Origin: Chthoniobacteraceae bacterium
Lineage (GTDB): Bacteria > Verrucomicrobiota > Verrucomicrobiia > Chthoniobacterales > Chthoniobacteraceae
Assembly (NCBI GenBank): GCA_031409335.1
Contig: JANNWY010000171.1
Span: 1 to 17,864 of the forward strand
Direction: 5' to 3'
Length of the DNA: 17,864 bases
Below, in pieces: positions 12,215 to 17,864 of this stretch. Every line of letters begins with the position of its first letter. Position 1 is the stretch's first letter. The notes below the pieces were generated by a model. That model searched no databases. It was given only the letters and a program-made list of their open reading frames with translations, and was not told where the DNA came from. The position numbers and the translations under genes were made by a program.

Positions 12215-15200
12215 TGCTCAACAAGATGATTCATTGGTCGCTCGCGAATCGGGCGATCATCATCGGCATCTCGCTGATCCTGATGGTCACGGGCTTGCGG
12301 ACGGCCACGCAGTTGCCCGTCGAGGTGCTGCCGGACTTGACCAAGCCGACCGTCATCATCCTCACCGAAGCGCCGGGCCTCGCGCCGGAGGAGGTGGAAA
12401 CGCGCGTGACGCAGCCCATCGAAAGCGCGCTCATGGGCGTCGCCGGGTTGACGCGGCTGCGGTCGAACTCCGACGTGTCGCTCTCGCTCGTCTATGCCGA
12501 GTTCGGCTGGGACACCGACATCTACAAGGCGCGGATGCTCGTGCAGGAGCGAATGCAGGGCGTGCGCGAACAACTGCCCGAAGGCGTGCAGCCGTTCATG
12601 ACGCCGGTCGCCTCGCTCATGGGCGAAATCCTGCTTGTCGGCGTGCGCTCGACGATCAAGGAAGGCGAGCCCGGTTACATCCCACCGCGCGATGTGCGCG
12701 CCCTGGCGGATTGGACGATCAAGCGCCGTCTGCAAAGCGTCTCCGGCATCGCTGAAATCCTGAACATGGGCGGCGGCGTGAAGCAGATCGAGATTCAGCC
12801 CGACCCGTTTCGGATGCAGGCCAATAGCGTGAGCTTTGAAGAGCTGGAGAAGGCCGCAGGAGACGCGGCGAACACGACCACCGGCGGTTTCATCAACACC
12901 GGCCCAACGGAAATCATGGTGCGGAATCTCGCCATGACGGTGCAGCTCGAAGACATCGCGCGCACCGTCATCAAGAAGATCAACGACCGGCCCATCCTCA
13001 TCTCCGACGTGGCGAAAGTGGTGTGGGGCATCGAGCCAATGCGCGGCGACGCGACGGTGAGCCAGAACCCGGAGAAGTCACCGACTTACGGCGTCATCAT
13101 GTCGATCACCAAAGCGCCGGGTTTCGACACTCGCGCGCTGACCGAGCAAATCAAAGCCGCGCTCGATGAGCTGGGGACGACCTTTCCGAAAGGCGTCGAG
13201 ACGACGCTGCTCTTTCAGCAAAAGGATTTCATCGACCACGCCATCGGCAACCTCGCAGAAGCCATCCGCGACGGCGCGATCATGGTGACCATTGTCATCT
13301 TTTTGTTCCTGCTGAATTTCCGCACGACGTTCATCACGCTCATGGCGATGCCGCTTTCCTTCGGCATCACCATGCTGACCTTCAAGTGGTTCGACATCTC
13401 GGTGAATTCGATGACCCTCGGCGGCCTCGCCGTCGCCATCGGCATGGTCGTGGATGACGCCATCGTTGATGTGGAAAATGTCTTTCGTCGTCTGCGCGAA
13501 AACGCCGCATCGCCGCATCCGCGCCCGAAGCTGCACGTCATCGCCTCAGCCTCCGGCGAAGTGCGGAACTCGATCCTCTACGCGACGATTCTCATCATCC
13601 TCGTCTTCCTGCCGCTGCTCGGTCTGAGCGGCGTCGAGGGCAAGCTCTTCGCCCCCATCGCCATCGCCACGATCATTTCGATGATGGCGTCCTTCGTCGT
13701 TTCGCTGACCGCGATCCCGGTGCTGTGCTCCTTCCTGCTGAATCCCAAACACGGCGGCGAACACAAGGATGGGTTCCTCGTGCGCGGGATGAAATGGCTG
13801 CTCGAAAACACGCTGCTCCGCTTCGGCCTGAGCCAGCCGTATCTGCTCCTCGCCATCGTGCTGATGATCGTGATCGGCGCGTTCTCGCTCTATCCGCAGA
13901 TGAGTAAGGACTTCCTGCCCGCCTTCAAGGAAGAGACGCTGCTCATCGCCGCGACTTCCGCGCCCGGCACTTCGCTGGAGGAAATGAACAAGATTTCCGA
14001 CGTGCTCGAACAACAAATCCTCTCCGTGCCGGACGTGCGCAAAGTCGGGCGTCGGCTCGGTCGCGCGGAACGCGGCGATCATGTCGTGCCGGTTTCGACG
14101 GCGGAGTTCGACGTGGATTTCCGCGAGGCCGAAGGGCATCTCAGCGGCAAGGGACGGACGCGGAAAGAGATCATCGAAGATGTCACGAAACGCGTGCGCT
14201 CGGTGCCCGGCGTTTTTGCCGCAGTCGGCGGGCCGCTCGCGGATCGCATCGGCCACATGCTCTCCGGCGTGTCCGCGCCCGTGGCCCTGAAAATCTTCGG
14301 CCCGGACCTCGATAAGCTGCGCCAACTCGGCATCGAGGTGCAGGCCGTGGCGAAGACCATCCCAGGTTTTCAGGACGCGAAACTCGACCAGCAATCGAGC
14401 ATCCCGCAACTCCGCATCGAGGCCGACCGCGACCGCGCCGCCGCGTATGGCATCGCGCCCGGCCACTTGAACGAACAGCTCTCCGCGCTCATCGGCGGGA
14501 AGGAAGTCGCCGAACTGCGCGAAGGCCAGCGCGCGGTGAATCTCGTCCTGCGGCTCCCTGTCGAGTGGCGCGATTCGCCGGATCGCATTGCGCGGCTCCC
14601 TGTGGAAACCACCACCGGCCAGCACATCCCGCTCTCGCTCGTGGCCGACGTGCGTGAGGCGAAAGGTCCGAACGTCATCTTCCGCGAAAACAGCCAGCGG
14701 CGTTTCACCATCGCGATCAAACCGACGGTGCGCGATGTCGGCGTGCTCGTGCAGCGGCTGCAAAAAGAAGTGAGCGATAAAGTGGCGCTGCCCGAAGGTT
14801 ACTTCATCACTTACGAGGGCGAGTTCCAGGCGCAGAAGGAAGCCACGCAGCGCATTGTCATCTTCTCCGCGCTCGTCCTCGTGGTCATCGCCTTCCTGCT
14901 CTACGGCTATTTCAGGACGCCGTTTTTCGCCGCGCAGGTGCTCCTCGACATCCCGCTCGCGCTCGTCGGCGGGCTGGTCTTCACCTACCTGAAGTTAGGA
15001 AATATCAGCATCGCCACGCTGGTCGGCTTCATCGCCGTGGCCGGTGTCGCCGCGCGGAATTCGATCATGCTCATCTCGCACTTCCTGCATCTCATGGCGG
15101 TGGAAGGTGAAACCTTCACCAAGGAAATGATCATCCGCGGAACGAAGGAGCGGCTCGTGCCCGTGCTGATGACCGCGCTCGCCGCGGGCATCGGCCTCAT

Positions 15201-15384
15201 CCCGCTCGTCCTCGCTGCCGATCAGCCGGGCAAGGAAATCCTGCATCCCGTGGCCGTCGTCATCGTAGGCGGACTCATCACCAGCACGCTCCTCGGCCTC
15301 GGGGTCACGCCCACCGTCTTCTACACGTTCGGACGCAAAGCCGCCGCGACCGCCGTCGAAAACGAAGCCGGAGCCGCGCACTGA
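12214..15384 (+). CDS. Second HME-RND efflux pump (CusA/CzcA superfamily, subgroup distinct from the first), 1056 aa
   Basis: True start is ATG 12214 (TAATG coupling; GGAGGAGG SD at 12199-12206), not 12088. Motifs: PVEVLPDLTKPTV..TEAPGLAPEEVE, TM4 MTLGGLAVAIGMVVDDAIVDVEN, GRAERGDH, ERLVPVLMTAL, GKEILHPVAVVIVGG. Confidence 0.93.
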   Translation: MLNKMIHWSLANRAIIIGISLILMVTGLRTATQLPVEVLPDLTKPTVIILTEAPGLAPEEVETRVTQPIESALMGVAGLTRLRSNSDVSLSLVYAEFGWDTDIYKARMLVQERMQGVREQLPEGVQPFMTPVASLMGEILLVGVRSTIKEGEPGYIPPRDVRALADWTIKRRLQSVSGIAEILNMGGGVKQIEIQPDPFRMQANSVSFEELEKAAGDAANTTTGGFINTGPTEIMVRNLAMTVQLEDIARTVIKKINDRPILISDVAKVVWGIEPMRGDATVSQNPEKSPTYGVIMSITKAPGFDTRALTEQIKAALDELGTTFPKGVETTLLFQQKDFIDHAIGNLAEAIRDGAIMVTIVIFLFLLNFRTTFITLMAMPLSFGITMLTFKWFDISVNSMTLGGLAVAIGMVVDDAIVDVENVFRRLRENAASPHPRPKLHVIASASGEVRNSILYATILIILVFLPLLGLSGVEGKLFAPIAIATIISMMASFVVSLTAIPVLCSFLLNPKHGGEHKDGFLVRGMKWLLENTLLRFGLSQPYLLLAIVLMIVIGAFSLYPQMSKDFLPAFKEETLLIAATSAPGTSLEEMNKISDVLEQQILSVPDVRKVGRRLGRAERGDHVVPVSTAEFDVDFREAEGHLSGKGRTRKEIIEDVTKRVRSVPGVFAAVGGPLADRIGHMLSGVSAPVALKIFGPDLDKLRQLGIEVQAVAKTIPGFQDAKLDQQSSIPQLRIEADRDRAAAYGIAPGHLNEQLSALIGGKEVAELREGQRAVNLVLRLPVEWRDSPDRIARLPVETTTGQHIPLSLVADVREAKGPNVIFRENSQRRFTIAIKPTVRDVGVLVQRLQKEVSDKVALPEGYFITYEGEFQAQKEATQRIVIFSALVLVVIAFLLYGYFRTPFFAAQVLLDIPLALVGGLVFTYLKLGNISIATLVGFIAVAGVAARNSIMLISHFLHLMAVEGETFTKEMIIRGTKERLVPVLMTALAAGIGLIPLVLAADQPGKEILHPVAVVIVGGLITSTLLGLGVTPTVFYTFGRKAAATAVENEAGAAH

Positions 15385-15393
15385 AACCACTCT

Positions 15394-15425
15394 CCGCCGC
15401 GGTGCCGGTTTGGACACCGCAGCGG
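15394..15425 (+). other. Intergenic stem-loop without U-tract
   Basis: CCGC-c-GCGGTG (15394-15404) pairs with CACCGC-a-GCGG (15415-15425). Confidence 0.45.
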
Positions 15426-15476
15426 TCCACCACTTCCAAACCACCAAAAAAGCAAAACCTGAAAAACAAACAGCAC

Positions 15477-15953
15477 ATGAAATCCATCGCACTGAAACTC
15501 CTCACCGCCCTCGCGCTCACCCTCCCCGCTTTCGCCGCCGACAAGCACGAACACGGGAAGAAAGAAGAAGGCCCGAATGGCGGTCGCGTAATCACCGCCG
15601 TCGAACCGCACCTTGAATTCCTCGTGACCAAGGACCGCAAAGTCGAAATCACCGCGCTCACCGAAGCCCTCAAGCCCGGCAAGCTCAGCGGCCAGGTCAT
15701 CGCCGTCACCGCTGGTGATCGCAGCAATCCGACGAAGCTCGAATTCAAGGAAGACGGCGGCAAACTCGTCTCCACGAACGCACTCCCAGCGGGCAATGAC
15801 TTCCCCGTCTCCGTGAGCATCAAAGCGAACGCGAGCGGCAAAGCCGTTTATGAGAAGTTCAACCTGAACCTCGAAAAGTGCCCGACCTGCAAGCATCAGG
15901 AATACGCCTGCGTCTGCGCCCACGCGCACGAGGATGACAAGAAGAAGAAGTAA
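15477..15953 (+). CDS. Secreted putative metal-binding protein (GPNGGR domain plus C-terminal CxxC/CxC/His cluster), 158 aa
   Basis: ATG 15477 after an A/C-rich tract; signal peptide ending AFA; KHEH, GPNGGRVI; C-terminal CPTCKHQEYACVCAHAHE. Confidence 0.85.
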   Translation: MKSIALKLLTALALTLPAFAADKHEHGKKEEGPNGGRVITAVEPHLEFLVTKDRKVEITALTEALKPGKLSGQVIAVTAGDRSNPTKLEFKEDGGKLVSTNALPAGNDFPVSVSIKANASGKAVYEKFNLNLEKCPTCKHQEYACVCAHAHEDDKKKK

Positions 15954-15967
15954 CCGCCGCCACGAAT

Positions 15968-15997
15968 CGGGGAGCGGGCCATCGCGCCCGCTCCCCG
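15968..15997 (+). other. Perfect 12-bp GC stem-loop (possible terminator or mRNA-stabilising hairpin)
   Basis: CGGGGAGCGGGC-catcgc-GCCCGCTCCCCG, 14 nt after the stop; no poly-T tail. Confidence 0.55.
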
Positions 15998-16014
15998 GCT
16001 CTGCGGCACCACCC

Positions 16015-16566
16015 ATGAAACCTTCTTTTTTCCAACTGACCGCATTCACATTCCTTGCAGCCTGCGGGTGCGCGTCCGGTCAAATCGTCACGGGAAACGA
16101 GTTGGTCCGCATCGAAGTGCGGGTCGCCTCCGATCAGGACCGCAAAGACATCAAGAGCAGTTCGGCGGACAGCGTGACGCAGCACAAAACGCTCACCATC
16201 GCGCTCTCCGGGAAACCGAAGTCGCCCGAAACCCGCACCGGCAAATGGACGGCTTACGGGCACTCCGCCAAGGGGCATGACTACCCCGTGCTCGAATCCG
16301 GTGAGTTCAAAGTCGAGTTTTCACCGCAAGGCCGGCAGACGATTGAATCGAAGAAGATCACGACGACCTACACCCCCGAACATTCCGTGGTATCACGCGG
16401 ACGCTCTGGCGGTGGCGGCGGCACTGGACGGAGCACGACCAAGGCGAAGAAGGTGGAGGCGACCGGAACGAGATTCGCGGGATACGGCGTCGTGGTCAAA
16501 GACGGCGGGAAAGTCGTCGGAGAAACCTTCGATCCGGCGGGCCTGAAACAGGAGGCGGCAAAATGA
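16015..16566 (+). CDS. Hypothetical exported protein, possible lipoprotein (183 aa)
   Basis: ATG 16015 after CACCACCC; lipobox-like FLAAC (Cys17); beta-rich pattern with a Gly/Arg/Ser linker. Confidence 0.7.
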   Translation: MKPSFFQLTAFTFLAACGCASGQIVTGNELVRIEVRVASDQDRKDIKSSSADSVTQHKTLTIALSGKPKSPETRTGKWTAYGHSAKGHDYPVLESGEFKVEFSPQGRQTIESKKITTTYTPEHSVVSRGRSGGGGGTGRSTTKAKKVEATGTRFAGYGVVVKDGGKVVGETFDPAGLKQEAAK

Positions 16567-16898
16567 AGGCGCTCAGCATCGCTGTGCTCCTTGGCATCGG
16601 CTTCGTCGCCGATGCGGCGGCGATGCCTCCAACCGGGCGACGACACACCGGGACGATTGAGCACGTCGATTTGCAAACGCACCGCCTCACCTTCCGCGCG
16701 GATCGGGAGGCGACGGCCAAGACTTTCGTTTGGAACAAACGCACGCGCTTTGTTCGCGAGATCAGCTTTGTCGAAGCCTCGGCGCTGGGCAAAGGCGCGC
16801 GCGCCGATGTGACCGTTCACTCACCATTCTTCGGCGAGCCCTTCGTCTCGCGCGTCATCCTTCTGCAACCCGCGCCCACCGCGCGCTCGCGCCAGTAA
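16563..16898 (+). CDS. Hypothetical small secreted protein, possible OB-fold (111 aa)
   Basis: ATGA overlap with the upstream gene; signal peptide; HTGTIEHVDLQTHRLTF..TFVWNKRTRF..LGKGARADVTV pattern. Confidence 0.65.
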   Translation: MKALSIAVLLGIGFVADAAAMPPTGRRHTGTIEHVDLQTHRLTFRADREATAKTFVWNKRTRFVREISFVEASALGKGARADVTVHSPFFGEPFVSRVILLQPAPTARSRQ

Positions 16899-16945
16899 TT
16901 TCATGCGAACCAAACGCATCGACCTGGTGCGAGTGCTCGTCCTGG

Positions 16946-17224
16946 TCAGCGACCGAAGAGCAGCGACAGCACCACGTCGCGACCGCTGCGGTGATCGTGG
17001 CGGCGGCTGTCGTAACGCCGCCCGGAGTCGTGATGACGATGCTCGCGCGACGAGCGATAACGGTCGTCGGAGCGGTGATGATCGCGGTCAGAATGACGGC
17101 GGTCGTAATGCTCGTGACGGTCGCACCGGTCGTCATCATGGCGGTCGCGCGCCTGGGCCTGCGGCGCAAAGGCGGCGAGTGAAAGGAGCGCGGAGGCGGC
17201 GATGGCAATGGGTTTGGTGTGCAT
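16946..17224 (-). CDS. Secreted low-complexity His/Asp/Arg-rich peptide (92 aa)
   Basis: ATG 17224; signal peptide MHTKPIAIAASALLSLAAFAPQAQA; mature part RDRHDDDRCDRHEH.. with 11 His; hydrophobic tail VVLSLLFGR. Confidence 0.6.
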   Translation of the reverse strand: MHTKPIAIAASALLSLAAFAPQAQARDRHDDDRCDRHEHYDRRHSDRDHHRSDDRYRSSREHRHHDSGRRYDSRRHDHRSGRDVVLSLLFGR

Positions 17225-17306
17225 GGTGTTGTGCGTTCTTCGACGCGGCACGCTCCAAAACAATTCACGCGCTTCCTCGCTTGCGCGCGTGGAGGTCACT
17301 TTTTTT

Positions 17307-17864
17307 ATGAGCGGCCACGATCACGACGGTCACAATCACAAGCCGAGCGACGAAGCGAAGAACATCGCGCTGAATTCCGAATCGAAGGGCAATATCGAAA
17401 CGACCCTGCGCGTCGCCGGGATGGATTGCGCGGATGAGGTCGAGGCGCTGGAGCAGGTGTTTCGCCCGCTCAAAGGTGTGCGCGAAGTGCGGGTGAATTT
17501 GATGGGCGGAAAGGTGACGCTTTTCCACGACGAGAGCGTGACGCCGGAGCAACTCATCGGCGCGGTCGCGAGCACCGGCATGAAGGCCGCGCGCGATGGC
17601 GACGATGCCGCGGACGTGGAGGCCGCGAAACGAATGCGGCAGATTTCCGTCGCCGTTTCGGGTGTCTTCACCGGCCTCGGCTTGCTCGCGCAGTGGATAA
17701 AATTTGGCCCGGCGCTCGCGGCGAACATCGCCTTTGGCATCGCGATCGTTGCGGGCGGCTGGTTCATCGCGCCGAAGGCGTGGCGTGCGGTGCGGCGATT
17801 CGCGCTCGATATGAATGTGCTGATGACCGTCGCCGTCGCGGGTGCGATGGCGATTGGCGAATTC
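17307..17864 (+). CDS. Heavy-metal P1B-type ATPase, CadA/ZntA-like, 5' part (runs off the window)
   Basis: Hand translation, open to the window end (186 codons): MSGHDHDGHNHK..LRVAGMDCADEVEAL (HMA domain)..TM helices..LDMNVLMTVAVAGAMAIGEF. GGAGG at 17291-17295. Confidence 0.88.
   Translation, partial: MSGHDHDGHNHKPSDEAKNIALNSESKGNIETTLRVAGMDCADEVEALEQVFRPLKGVREVRVNLMGGKVTLFHDESVTPEQLIGAVASTGMKAARDGDDAADVEAAKRMRQISVAVSGVFTGLGLLAQWIKFGPALAANIAFGIAIVAGGWFIAPKAWRAVRRFALDMNVLMTVAVAGAMAIGEF

Noticed and set aside
15402..15476. ORF-track upstream starts at 15402 (and likewise 15934 and 17299)
   Set aside because: The extensions run through hairpins or intergenic tracts; signal peptides begin at 15477, 16015 and 17224.
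16975..17150. Repetitive gtcgt/gacg tract as a CRISPR or tandem repeat
   Set aside because: No fixed repeat-spacer period; explained by Asp/Arg/His codons on the minus strand.
17859..17864. Window ends in an EcoRI site (GAATTC)
   Set aside because: Several internal GAATTC sites exist and this one simply encodes Glu-Phe; likely coincidence.

Overview
GC-rich, almost entirely plus-strand heavy-metal efflux cluster. The SD-less, C/A-rich sequences before most start codons suggest a Verrucomicrobia/PVC-type host (inference). Block 1: small His-rich exported leader ORF, then CzcC-, CzcB- and CzcA-like RND genes, an RcnA-like Ni/Co exporter and an NreB-like MFS exporter. Block 2: small Cys-rich exported leader ORF, a second divergent OMF/MFP/HME-RND triplet, a secreted Cys/His protein and two secreted hypotheticals. 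These are followed by a minus-strand His/Asp/Arg-rich secreted peptide and the 5' part of a P1B-type (CadA/ZntA-like) ATPase that the ORF track missed. No transcription regulator or mobile-element gene is visible. Most interesting points: (1) each RND operon is headed by a signal-peptide + metal-ligand + C-terminal-motif leader ORF followed at once by RNA structure (a terminator-like hairpin overlapping the stop after an RGP motif in leader 1), suggesting metal-sensing, secretion-coupled attenuation; (2) one ~70-90 aa domain appears in the CzcB N-terminus, inside the RcnA His loop, and probably as a stand-alone secreted protein; (3) both adaptors lack the alpha-helical hairpin, and the second appears C-terminally anchored. 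All family calls come from motif recognition by eye, not database searches.
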